Shown: positions 46,178-58,300 of the stretch, in pieces
Numbering within the stretch: position 1 is the first letter of the stretch
How the letters are laid out: each line of letters begins with the position of its first letter
Made by a program: the position numbers and the translations under genes
Notes under the pieces: generated by a model
The model's database searches: none
What the model saw: only the letters and a program-made list of their open reading frames with translations
What the model was told of the DNA's origin: nothing
IMG/VR virus record: IMGVR_UViG_3300046777_001793
Span: 56,529 to 120,528 of that record
DNA from: a virus
Strand: one strand, 5' to 3'
Length of the DNA: 64,000 nucleotides

Positions 46178-49100
46178 AGTATGATCTTGTTTTAATCCAT
46201 GGCGAGGATCTATTATTTTACCATCTAAATTAAATTGGTACTTCATATAAAGATTAAATGCTTTATTGTTGTACCATTTAGTTTCAGCACCTTCCTTAAT
46301 ACCTTCTTGCCAAATATAAGGACCAGCATCTTGTTCGTAAGTATCACCATTTACAGCATAACCAAATCCATCAATGATGTCTTTAAAAATGTTGTTTTCA
46401 CCTACTACTGAACCAGACATAATTAAATTTGGCATAGAAGCAACTAATCCTGAATTATAAGGATCCCATGGTGTTACAGGAAGCATAGATTCTTGCTCTT
46501 TGATAATTCTATTTACAATCCTAAGAGCATTCATTTTAAACCATTCCATAGTAGAAAACCTATTACCCCATTGTACAGTCTGATTAGGTTGTACAAGGGG
46601 TAAATTAGGTACACCATTCATTTTTTTCATCATTGCATGTGCACCTTCTTCTCCTGGTGAAAAAGTAAAATCATTCTCCCCATTATCATCTTCATCATAA
46701 TGTGAAAGTCTTTGTTTTAATAACCTCAACATTATGTTAGTTGTAAGAAGTATCAATAAAGAATACAATGCAGTTTTTTGTGGAGCATTCAGTTTTCTTT
46801 TTGAATTTAGTATTGTTGCTATAGCTGTAGCAGCACCTACAAATGTTCCAAGTTCTCTTTGTTGAGTAGAATAATTCTTTGTAGCTGTACCATAAGTTCC
46901 TGTTTTTTTGTTAAACTTCATGTTATAATGTCCACTCAACATACCTGGAATAAACTTCATAATAAAGAATGTAGTTTTTACCCAAATATTTCTGAAAGCA
47001 TCAGGTTCGTTAAAGTCACTTACCGCACCAATATTCTTTTGAATAATTCTTTGGTGAACATTCTTAATTTTTTTTAATTTTTCACCCATTACAATTCTAC
47101 CATCAGAGTCATAAGATATTTTCATATCAGATGGAACTCCTTTAATAGTAACAACTCTTCCTTCATCATCTAATGTAAGAGCATCATAGAGAGCAACTTT
47201 TTTGCCATTAATTTCAAAACTATTATGTCTTAATATAGCCAAAAACTGATGAACAGGAACAGAATCACCCATATATTTTCTATCTGTAAATCTAAGTGTA
47301 CCAGCTCTAAAATCTCCCCAAACAGTTCTTGCACCAAATGTACCTGCATCTTTTTTCATCAAGTCTGGTACAGCATCAGTAACACGTAATAATTGTATTA
47401 ACGGATCTATTTCACCCGACTTATATCTTGCAGCCATAAGTTTTTTAACAGTATTAAATGATTTAGCTCTAGTCATTACTAAATCATTTAAACTATAATT
47501 ATCACCAGTTGCTCTTGAATAAAGTAATGTTTTACCTGAACCGTAGTTTGCAGTAGATGAAACAGCATTAAAACCAAACCAAAGAACAGAAGCATGCTTT
47601 TGCATGTAACTCATAAGTTTTAAATAACTTCTTTGAAATCCTGTTGAAAAAATAAATTTAGGATCAATAACCACATCTTCACCAGCAAGATGTTTATCAA
47701 GTGAATGCTGTATTGCTCTTAATCTTTTTGATTCACTACCGTTTAATTTAGCATTAAATAAGTTTAAACCTTTTAATTTATCTACATAAGACTTCATTTC
47801 AGGTGACATAGCAATATCCTTAATTGTTCTATTAAACAATTGCATAAATGGCATTGCTTTTCTTGCAGACTTATAATGCTCAATTGAATAAGATTGTAAA
47901 CCAATTGATGCAATTATATTTGTAGAAACATCATTAGCATTTAAATGATATAAACCAGTAATAGGTCTTGTCAAAGGTTCATCCATTTTAGGAGTTGCTA
48001 AACCAAAATCAACATCATCCGCTTGCTGTCTAAACACGTTGACAATAGATCTGATTTTAGCCATAAAGTATTCACCAAAACCTTCTCTTCTTTTAAGAGT
48101 ACCATAAAGAGATTTTTCAGTTCCAGATTTTCTAATATTTGGATAACTGATGTAACCTTTTTGAGAAGCATCTAATCCTTTTTGATTATCTAAATGATGG
48201 TCTTTAATCATTAGCATAGCATCAAAAAGCTTTCTGTCTTCTTCAAACATTCTCTGATAATCATCATCAATATAGCGGCGGTCATTAGGATCTGTTTTTG
48301 GCAACCATCTCCCACTATTATCTACGTTAGCTATAACAAGAGTTTCTGCTCCAGTAACAGGATTAACATCAATATAATCTCTTTCTATTTTTTCTCTAAG
48401 AAATTCTGGTTTAATTACTCTTGACCTATAGTTCATATTAGGAACTCTTGGAATACCATCAAGTTCAATATAACCATTAGGAAATAATCCATTTTGAGGA
48501 CTTAAAGGATTTGTAGTTGCTGCTCTTGTGTGGTAATAAGCAATATCCCTTGGAGCTGTAGTTGTCCAAGCTGGTGATTTAATATATTTTTCAACTAAAC
48601 CAATTGCTTGACCACTACTGTTATATTCAATTCTTTCAGCAAGATAGTGGTTATCAAAAAAGAAATCTCTAAAAGAAGGATCAGAACTAGCTAAATCTTC
48701 AAGAAAACTTACATTAGATAATAATTCCTCTAAATGTTCTTTAGATAATGAACCTGTAGAATAAATATCTTCACCAAACAATGCATCAATTTCAGTTGCT
48801 ACTGCATCAAGAACTCCTGTATTATTAAACACAACATCATTAAAAGCAACCAAATAATCATCAGTTGATTCTGTTATTGACATTTCACGTAACTCTTTTT
48901 CAATAGCACGTAATTCAACAATATCATTAAAATTAATAAGACTTTGTGAAATTTTTTGTTTTAAAATATCGTCATAGTATATATAGCGTTGTTCTTCTTG
49001 ATATGTAAGAGTGCTATATGTAGCTTTATTTTGTAAGAAAACAAAATCTTTATAATCATCACCAGTTAAACCACTTAACTGTAAATAAGAATCTTTTGCT

Positions 49101-52100
49101 CTATCTATTTCTTCAGCAAGTTCAGTAGCTTTTCTTTGTTGAGCAGATGTTAGATTAAACCCACTATATTGACCAGCTTCATTTTTTGTAGGCTTTAAAA
49201 TGTCTGTATAAAGTTTTTCATAAATACCAGAAATATCTTGAATAGAATTATTTACAGCAATAAGATCAGCCATAATTTCATTTCTTCTATCTACTAATTG
49301 CTTTCTTTTTTCAAAATAAGCATCATCAATTTCTACACTTGTATTATACTTTATCCACTTTTCAATTGCTACTTTACGGTCATTACCTTGAATATTTGAT
49401 GCATCAAGTCCATGTAAAAATGTGTCAAAACTATTTTCAAATTTCATTGGTACATCAACATATTCATAGAAATCTTTAGTCTTTTCTTTATATTGATTAA
49501 GTAATTCAGCAATTGCTAATTCATCACCAGTCTTGTCATTACCATTAGCATCAACTTTACTATACAATTGTCTAAACTCAACCCATAATTTACTAAGTTC
49601 AATCTCAATATCAAAACTTGTAGGATCATGCATTGTGTTAGCTGTAAGCATACGCATTCTTGTAAATACATCATCAATGCGTTCTTGAGCCATTTCCCCT
49701 ATTGGAGAATCCATCATATAATCAAACTCATAAACTTCATCAACACCATCTCTATTCATATATTCTGCTTCCCATTGCTTATAAAGCTTAACTGCTTTAT
49801 TGAAAGCTTTAAGATTTTCAGGAGTTGGATTTAATGTATGAGTGTCTTTTGCTTCTTGAATTTTAATTTCTAATAACTTTTTATCAGCTCTCCAATCTTT
49901 AAAATTATTAGCAAAAATCCATTCTTCAGAATCTTCAAATCCTGCTTTAGCAATAGATAATCTTTCATACTCTAATTGCTGTTCAGGTGTTCTATTTGTA
50001 ATAACAGATAATTGACTCCACTTTTCTCTTTCTTTTGCTGAAAGTTCATTTCTTGTATTAATTATCCTATCTTTCTTACCAATTGCTCTACCCAAAGCAT
50101 TTTCACCAAAAAGTTTATTTGCGTGAACAGTTCCTTTAAGTTTGCTTTTTAATTTGGCAAGAAGTTCTGCTTGTCTAGCATTGGCATTTCCGGAAAGTTC
50201 ATTAAAAAATTGTGAGATATAGTTATGGAAACCACCAACAATATCATCACTAGAATTTAAATAACCTGTTCCAATAGATGATAACGCACCTACATCACCC
50301 AATGTATTTCCAATAAGAGCTTTTAGTTGCTCTTTTGATATACTTTGAGAATACATACTCATTTGTTTTAAATAAGTGTATCTATTCTCATCTCTGTTTG
50401 CAGGAAGAACTTTTTCTAAATTACTTAATTCAGTATGTTCTGCTGGAGTTAATCCATACCATTGTTTGTATCTTCTTTCATATTCAGCATAAAGATTTGA
50501 ATCTTTTAAAGCTTGTAACTCACTCATAGCTTCATCTTCAATAGGCTGATTAATTTTTTTCATGTGTTCATAGAACTCATCAAAGACAGCATCTGAAAAT
50601 GTCTGTTTAACTTTATTAGAAAGTTGATTGAGTTTACCTTTGCTACTAATATATAATTGAGCAATTGGATCTTGCGTATTATATAAATCAAAGTAACCTT
50701 TAGAAATATTGTCATAAAAATTTTGCCAATTTTCAATATACATCTGCATAGCTAACATCACCTCAAAATCATCTCTTGTAAGTTGATTTGCTCTTAGTAA
50801 GTCAGCTCTTTCATTTAATTTTTCAAATACCACATCAACATTTGCTAACGCTGTAACAAATAATTCAATCTTGTGCTTTACAATTTCAGCATCTGTAGCA
50901 GTTGTATTATCATAAAGTTCTAATCTTTTTATTGCTCTTGTTCCTTTTGATGAAAGCTCATTAAGGTTTTTACGTATAGTTTGTAATATACCTTCATTAA
51001 AATCATCAGAAAGTTCAGCTTTTAGTGTAGCAAAAATTGAGTTTTCTTTAGTTAAGTTACCTACTTGTTTTTGAACAAGCTCATAGAAATCATCAATAAC
51101 CTGTTGTGTTCTTTCAAGACTTGCTTTTGTAAGAACATCTTGAACTTCTTCTTGATATTTTCTTTGGAACATTACAATATCATCCTCGGTAATGAAATCT
51201 GTATTTAATTCAAACATTTCACCCTCATTCAACATATCAAGAAGTTCTCTTAATGTAGTATCCGGTTTTAATTTAGATACATTAACATTTCTTCCAAATG
51301 CTTTTCTTAAAAACTGTTTTATGTTAAATAGAAGTTCTTTAAACCAAGACTTTTTCTCATACCCAAAATCCTTGTTCATTCTTTCCATAGTCTGAACCAT
51401 AACTTCTTCCATAAATTCAGGACTGTTCTCTTTTAGTTCAGGGTAGTATTTTTGGACATAAGTAAATAAATCAAAACCATCATCTGATTTTACTACATCA
51501 CTATACAGTTTGTTAAACAAATCAGGATTATTTTTTGATAAAGCTTTAATTATTGGGTGAGCAAACTCATGTAATACTGTATCATGATTAAATAAACCAG
51601 CAACAAAATAAACTTTACCTTTCATAAAGAAACCTGCTGCTTTTGGAGCATCAGGAAACATTACTTCAAACTCTTCTTCAGTAATTACTTCATAATCCAC
51701 ACCAAGTTGATTAGAAAGCCTCATCATTACTTCAGTAGCCTTTCTTTTGTTTTGAGATTCAAAAATTTCTTTTACTTCCTCAATACCTTTTAAATCATCA
51801 ACCAGTTCTTCTTCTTGATCTATTTGAAATACTGATTCATCTAATTCAGGTTGAATATCTTCAATTTCTCTATTCTTAAAAAGAATTTTATCAATAACAT
51901 ATTCTGGACTTCTAACTTTTCCATTTTGTTCAATAACATCTGTAAATGCTTCATCATACCCTACAACTTCAACAAGAGCATCAAACTTTACTTTATCTTC
52001 TTCAGATAAATTAAGTGGCTTACGCTTTAAATAAGTAACTGTTGATTTTGATGTTGGTGTTTGAACATCAGTTTCAGGTTTAGAATCCCATGTTTGTTTT

Positions 52101-52330
52101 ACACCAAAGAAACCAGGGTTTTCATTTTCTTTTATAGCATCAGTCTGTTCAAACATATCAGGTGTATTTTCTTCCCTAATTTGTAATCCCAAATCATCAA
52201 GTGTAGGAAAAGAACCACTAGGGTTCTTCTCCATCCACACTCCAACTTTTGCTTTTAATATTTCTTCATTTAAACCTGTGACTTGTTGTAAGTTAACAAA
52301 GTCTGGGTGAGTAGTATTAACACATATCAT
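46169..52330 (-). CDS. giant virion cargo (ejection) protein with N-terminal zincin-like motif
   Basis: 2053 aa; LHEFAHP..EEVMV; coupled downstream of the vRNAP gene, as in crAss-like phages. Confidence 0.75.
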   Translation of the reverse strand: MICVNTTHPDFVNLQQVTGLNEEILKAKVGVWMEKNPSGSFPTLDDLGLQIREENTPDMFEQTDAIKENENPGFFGVKQTWDSKPETDVQTPTSKSTVTYLKRKPLNLSEEDKVKFDALVEVVGYDEAFTDVIEQNGKVRSPEYVIDKILFKNREIEDIQPELDESVFQIDQEEELVDDLKGIEEVKEIFESQNKRKATEVMMRLSNQLGVDYEVITEEEFEVMFPDAPKAAGFFMKGKVYFVAGLFNHDTVLHEFAHPIIKALSKNNPDLFNKLYSDVVKSDDGFDLFTYVQKYYPELKENSPEFMEEVMVQTMERMNKDFGYEKKSWFKELLFNIKQFLRKAFGRNVNVSKLKPDTTLRELLDMLNEGEMFELNTDFITEDDIVMFQRKYQEEVQDVLTKASLERTQQVIDDFYELVQKQVGNLTKENSIFATLKAELSDDFNEGILQTIRKNLNELSSKGTRAIKRLELYDNTTATDAEIVKHKIELFVTALANVDVVFEKLNERADLLRANQLTRDDFEVMLAMQMYIENWQNFYDNISKGYFDLYNTQDPIAQLYISSKGKLNQLSNKVKQTFSDAVFDEFYEHMKKINQPIEDEAMSELQALKDSNLYAEYERRYKQWYGLTPAEHTELSNLEKVLPANRDENRYTYLKQMSMYSQSISKEQLKALIGNTLGDVGALSSIGTGYLNSSDDIVGGFHNYISQFFNELSGNANARQAELLAKLKSKLKGTVHANKLFGENALGRAIGKKDRIINTRNELSAKEREKWSQLSVITNRTPEQQLEYERLSIAKAGFEDSEEWIFANNFKDWRADKKLLEIKIQEAKDTHTLNPTPENLKAFNKAVKLYKQWEAEYMNRDGVDEVYEFDYMMDSPIGEMAQERIDDVFTRMRMLTANTMHDPTSFDIEIELSKLWVEFRQLYSKVDANGNDKTGDELAIAELLNQYKEKTKDFYEYVDVPMKFENSFDTFLHGLDASNIQGNDRKVAIEKWIKYNTSVEIDDAYFEKRKQLVDRRNEIMADLIAVNNSIQDISGIYEKLYTDILKPTKNEAGQYSGFNLTSAQQRKATELAEEIDRAKDSYLQLSGLTGDDYKDFVFLQNKATYSTLTYQEEQRYIYYDDILKQKISQSLINFNDIVELRAIEKELREMSITESTDDYLVAFNDVVFNNTGVLDAVATEIDALFGEDIYSTGSLSKEHLEELLSNVSFLEDLASSDPSFRDFFFDNHYLAERIEYNSSGQAIGLVEKYIKSPAWTTTAPRDIAYYHTRAATTNPLSPQNGLFPNGYIELDGIPRVPNMNYRSRVIKPEFLREKIERDYIDVNPVTGAETLVIANVDNSGRWLPKTDPNDRRYIDDDYQRMFEEDRKLFDAMLMIKDHHLDNQKGLDASQKGYISYPNIRKSGTEKSLYGTLKRREGFGEYFMAKIRSIVNVFRQQADDVDFGLATPKMDEPLTRPITGLYHLNANDVSTNIIASIGLQSYSIEHYKSARKAMPFMQLFNRTIKDIAMSPEMKSYVDKLKGLNLFNAKLNGSESKRLRAIQHSLDKHLAGEDVVIDPKFIFSTGFQRSYLKLMSYMQKHASVLWFGFNAVSSTANYGSGKTLLYSRATGDNYSLNDLVMTRAKSFNTVKKLMAARYKSGEIDPLIQLLRVTDAVPDLMKKDAGTFGARTVWGDFRAGTLRFTDRKYMGDSVPVHQFLAILRHNSFEINGKKVALYDALTLDDEGRVVTIKGVPSDMKISYDSDGRIVMGEKLKKIKNVHQRIIQKNIGAVSDFNEPDAFRNIWVKTTFFIMKFIPGMLSGHYNMKFNKKTGTYGTATKNYSTQQRELGTFVGAATAIATILNSKRKLNAPQKTALYSLLILLTTNIMLRLLKQRLSHYDEDDNGENDFTFSPGEEGAHAMMKKMNGVPNLPLVQPNQTVQWGNRFSTMEWFKMNALRIVNRIIKEQESMLPVTPWDPYNSGLVASMPNLIMSGSVVGENNIFKDIIDGFGYAVNGDTYEQDAGPYIWQEGIKEGAETKWYNNKAFNLYMKYQFNLDGKIIDPRHGLKQDHTLR

Positions 52331-55300
52331 TTTGTACAGTTTGCTAAGTTTTTTTGTTCTTCCAAAGATAGAGATAAAAATTGTTCTTGAGTCATACTGG
52401 TTGCCATACCTTTTGCTTTTAAATTAGATTTATACATATCCCATAAAGCCAAATTTTCACTTATATCATCAAATAAAGATAATTGAGTAGCAACTTGAGT
52501 AGGTTGGTTACTTATTGTTGGTTGATTTAATTTATTTAATATTCTTTTTTGTTTTTCATAAAAACTATTTCTTTGTTCATTAGTAATAACATCCGTATAA
52601 TCAATATTTAATGCATTTCTGATAATACTATCTTCATCAGAAAGACCTACTTTTTCTAAAAATATTAATTCATTTTCTTCAATACCTCTTGCTTTTAATT
52701 CTTGAAGTAATTGTTTTTCAAAATCAATATCTTCTGTAGCATAAGAACCTCCTTCATTATATCTATTATATTCCGCAACATCTGATTCAGTTAAAACTTT
52801 ATTGTAAGCATCAACTAATTGCAAACCTGTTAATTTAGAAAATCCATGATTAATTTCTGTTTTATGAATAATAAATTGTCCAGCAGGAATAATAATATTT
52901 TCATTAGAAATAAATCTTTCTTCACCTTCATCACCAATAACCCTATTACCATAGGATTGTGTTCCACCTTCTTTATTTAATGGAAAAATCTTTTCCGCAT
53001 AATCTTTATTTATTTCAATAATAAAAGGATTTTTAGAATATCTATTCCCATAATCTTCTGCTAAACCTCTATTATCTGCAAAAGAAATTCCTTTAGATTT
53101 AAACAATGAATCCTCAGTAACTTGCAACACAAGATTTCCTTTATCATCTAATGTAGGTTTTTTTTCTTGACCTCTGAATAAAGAAGAAGTAAATCCAGTA
53201 GATTTACTAGCAACTTGAGCAGGTTGAGAAAATTTACTCCAAGTACCAATAAGTTGACCATCAACTGTAATTTCAGAATAGTTATAACCTTTAGCTTCCA
53301 TATTAGCATAAAGTCTTTTTTCTCCTGTATTGTAACTACTAGCATCAATGTAGGCTTTGTTATCAGTAAGAATAGTAGCTCCTGCTTCTACAGCTTTAAT
53401 AGCTTCTTTAATAGTTCTATCTTGTTGAGTTTTTTGTTGTTCTTCAGTTCCTCTTCTTCCTCCAATAGAAACAAATATTACATCATTATCAGAATAATTA
53501 CCTGTATTAGCTAAAGCTCCTGCTTGTTGCCTGTAATTTTCTGTAGAGCTTCCAGTTATACCCTCACCAAAACCAATAAATTGAGTAGCAATACTAGCTT
53601 TGATAGTTGCTTTTTTATCAGCAGCTTGTATTGGTGTAACATTAAATATATTTTTTTTATCAAAAGAAAAACTTAAGTTTTGTGTTTGTTGTAATTTATT
53701 TACATCAGGAGTATGTCTTAATGTAATACTATATCTAACGCCTTGCTCACCTTCTTTTTCAACACCATGTTTATAGTTTAATTGAGAATCATATCCCATA
53801 ACTAATACGTGTCCATGTTTAGCATCTACAGTAAGATCATTTCCTGCATATTGTTTAATACCTTTAAAACCAAATTTACGTTGTGCACCTAAAGATAATG
53901 TCAATACAGTAGGGTTAACTTTACCATCTCTACCTGTTAAATTAACTTCAAGATCTGTATGATAACCTAATCCAGTTGAAAGTTCAGAATATTTATTGAT
54001 TAAAGCTGTATCAAAATAACCAGGTTTAACACCCATTCTTTTTTCAATAAGTCTTACAGTTTTTTCAATCCATTCAGGCATTTCTGCTTTAGCATGTTTC
54101 TTGTAAGATTCTCCTGAACCATAAGCATAATCAATTGGACCGTAATAAAGATTTTTTAATCTCCATTGTTTACCTGCTAAAAGAACTTGTTTAGATAATT
54201 CTGCTTCAAATTCTTTATCCATTTTAGCAAATAATCTATCAGCTTCATTTCTATCAAAAACTTCACCATCATAAATTTCAGCACCTTTTATCTCTTCAAT
54301 TTTTCTAAAGTTTTTCATAACAGGACCTTGAACAAAACCAGAAGAATTAGTTTTCAATCCTTGAGGGTTAAACACTTCTTCTTTTTGAAGTCTTTTAGCT
54401 CTACTTGACATAATAAAAGGAAGAACTGAACCCATTAAATGTTTCTCCAAATAAACAGCAGCAGGACTAACACCTATCTTTAAAGCGTTACCATTAGTAT
54501 CAACTAAAAGTTTAGATAAGTTCATTCTTTCAACAGCATTACCTTGGAAATAAGAAGTCAAAGCTTGTTCTGCAATCTGCAATCCATTTTTAATAAGATC
54601 TGATTCAGAAAGACCTTTCATTTTTTCCTTTATAACATTCATTACTCCTGTAATCTGTTTACCAAATGCATCATACATACTAACTTCAGGTTTAGTTACA
54701 TCATAATAAGCTGAAGTCTTACCTTCTAATGACTTATTAAATGAATAATATTTCTGAAAATCAGGACCATATTCAACTACCATCTTATAACCATTATTTC
54801 TTAAATACTGTTTTGCATAAGTTGCAATACCACCAGGAGCAGCACTTATATTAAATGTACTTACACCTGCAGCAATTGCTTTTGAGATTTCAGGAACATA
54901 CTTTTCATTAAAGAAATTTTTAACTGATTCATTATATTCTTTTAATGATGTATTAGCATAAGCATCTTCTTTTAATGAAGCTCCAAATATCCATACAGCA
55001 TCATTAGCAACGTATTCATTTTTATTTAAATCATTCTTTAATTCATCAATATAAGCATGGTGTTTACTTTGATATTTAGGTGCTTGTTTAGCTTTAAAAG
55101 CAATACCTTTTGTTGAACGTGAAGAAATATATTGGTCTGTTACAAATTCACCAGATCTTTTTACTACAGAATTAGCAATACTCATTGCTCCAATTCTACC
55201 CATTTTAGATTTACCAACCAATATAGGTAAGTTACCTCTATTGTCAACACCTAAATGCTCTAACAACATTCTGTCAATTTCATTCTGATCTAAATATTCA

Positions 55301-58300
55301 GGTGCTACAACTTTCTTTTTAGGGTATGCAATTTTAACATCACCATACACTTTAAGTATTTCTTCAACTTGTTCTAATGTAACATCTTCATCAGATTCAA
55401 ATAACATTTCTGGATTAAAAATAAACTCAAAATCAGATTGATTAGCTTGACTTATATTGTTAAACATGTGAACATTACCATACACATAAGCATTCTCTTT
55501 AATTTGAGTTTCACCTTTACCGTAATCCAAATTACCGTCAACAGTATAATTAACACCTTTACCTCTTGAGTTCCATTTATTATTTAAAACTAAATTGGAT
55601 ATTTTATCATAAAACTGACTAAGTAAACCAACATTAATTGGATCAACTTCACTTTTAACTCCCTTATTATATACAACTTTAGCAAACTTATTTTCATAAG
55701 ACCTAAAAGTTTTATAAGCTTCATCAAACAATTGTTCCATTAAATCAAAATCTAATTGATCATAGACTGTATTTAATATAAAATTTTGAGAAACTAATGG
55801 GCCCATAAAATACTTTGATGCTGCATTTAAACCACCCTGCATTACAAGATAATGGTCAAACCCTGCAAAAAATTCAGCAACTTCTGGTGCTATATCATCA
55901 TTACGTAATTCATGTAAATTTTCTACATAAGTTTCCATTAATTTTTTACCGGTATTTTTTGGTAAAAAGATATTAGACTGATAAGCTTTATAATCAGTAT
56001 TGCTTTTTAAGTCATTTATTAAAAGTAAATTATTAAGGTGTGGATGTTTCATTCTCATTCTCTTAATGATTGCATCTGCACCAACATAACTATTAAACAA
56101 ACTATTTGCCGGTTTTAATTGGTATAATGTTATAGCTTTAACCAAATGAGTTCTTGTCATTTTAGGGCTTACCAAAAAGTAATACTTTTCAAAAAGCTCT
56201 TGATCAGAAATAGATTTTAAGTTGGCAACATTTTCCTGAAATAAAAACTTAAACTTTGCATATTCTTTAACATCAGTAACTCCATCTTTTCTATAGATAC
56301 TTTTGATCATTGGATCAGTTGTCATAGAAAGTTCATTTCTAAGTAAGTTTGAATTAAAAGAAACAGTCAACTTATCAGAATCACCTTCAACAATATCAAT
56401 AGGATATTTAGAATTTAAATCTTCAACAACATCAAATGAAAGCATAGTACCATCTTCTAATACAACAGTTGAAGTATTAGAATTATAAACAGCATTTTGA
56501 TACAAGAACCAAATAAAGTCATTTTTAAATGCACTTCTTGATGTATCTGTAAAAGGCATAGCTTTTTTAACATGATCTTCTTTAGAAAACTTAATTGCCA
56601 TTTGATTGACAATTGGATTGTTTTTAATTTTAAAGAATTGCTTAAATAAATCAACAATAAGTTTATTGTTGTTTAATGTACCAACAGGATTCTCTTCAAA
56701 TTCTTTTTTCCAAGATTCAGGAACAACACTTCTTTTGCTAAAAAAGTTTTCTTCTTTAATAATATTGTTTTCTGCATCTGTGATATTAGCAACCTTAGTT
56801 GTATCATGCTTGTTTGCTTGTTGAAACTCTGTCAATTTATTTGACATTTCTTCAATCTGAAGATAATGAGAAAAATAAATAACATCATCATCATTAGGTG
56901 TTAGTGCACCAACTCTACCCCATAAACTTTCAAAGTCAAATTTAGCATCAAATTGATTATCAATGGAAGCTGGGTTTAAACCTTTAAATTTAGGTTTACC
57001 AAATAAAGATGGATGATTCTGAATAACCTTACCATAAGCAGCTTGACTCGCAGCTTTTGGGTTAAATTCAACAACCGGATTACCTTCTTCATAACCAATC
57101 TTAGAATATACACCTTGAAATTCTTTCTTGATTTTATTATACTCCATTACTAACGGATTAGAAGAAAGTGCAACAGCATCTTCCAATTCTACTCCGGACA
57201 TAAGCATAAATAACAATGTAGGTGTATTCTCTTTATTACCTTGAATATTAAATATCCAAGCATCTTTAGCAACATCCACATATCCATTAATTAACTGTGA
57301 AATTGTATCAGCAATTAATTTATTATTTACACTAGAAGTTCTTTTACCTAAAGCAATTCTTTTAACATCATATTTACCAACTTTTTCTGCTGAATAATTA
57401 TGAGCTAACTTTAAAGCATAAGATCTAAACTTTTCAATTTCTTCTTTATTTTGAGTTTTTAAAGCATTCTCAAAGCGTTCTAAAGCTTCTAATGTAGGAG
57501 CATTTAGTTTAGAATCAAATGTTGTAAATATTGCATAGAAAGTAGAAACAACTGCCGCTATACCAAGAGAATCTTTACCTACAGAGTTTTCTTGTTGTTT
57601 AGCCAAGTTATATTCATAATCAAAAATAGTTGTTGGAGATATAACTTTTGAACCTGTTACATCATCATGAATTTTTTCAAACTTATTAAACTTATGCTGA
57701 ATAGCATCTCTTACTCTTTTTGACAATGGTAATGCATCATCAACACTATTAGGAGTAATAAGATCTTTAATATTACTAGCATCTAATATTTTTTCAGTAA
57801 GTAATTGCAATATTTCATTCTCAATACCTTTTGTACTTGAGTTTTTCATTGCTTCTACATTCTCTGAAATTTTATTTGATGTAGCGTTTAATTTATCATA
57901 CAATGCATTAGACTTATCAATTAAAGCCATAACATCAGCATCTTCTTTAAATAATTCTTTTTCTTTAGCAGATCTTTCTTTACGGATGTTTTTAATTTCT
58001 TGTTCTAATTCTTGAATCTTTAATTCAGCTTCTTCAGTAATTTGTTTCTTTTTATTCTTACCAGTTTTAGCTGTAGCAATAGTAGCAATAGTATTGTTTA
58101 ATGCTTCTATTTTCTTTTTATTCTTACCAATTAACTTGTTTTGTTTTTCAAATAATGCCTTAACTTCATCCTTAATTTCAAGTTTTTTAGAAGAGAATAA
58201 TTTATCTTTTTCTTTTTTGACAGCATCAATATCTTTCTTGATAACTTTAAGATCTTCTTTCAAGTTATCATTCTCATCTTTAAGTTGTTCATAAGGAACA

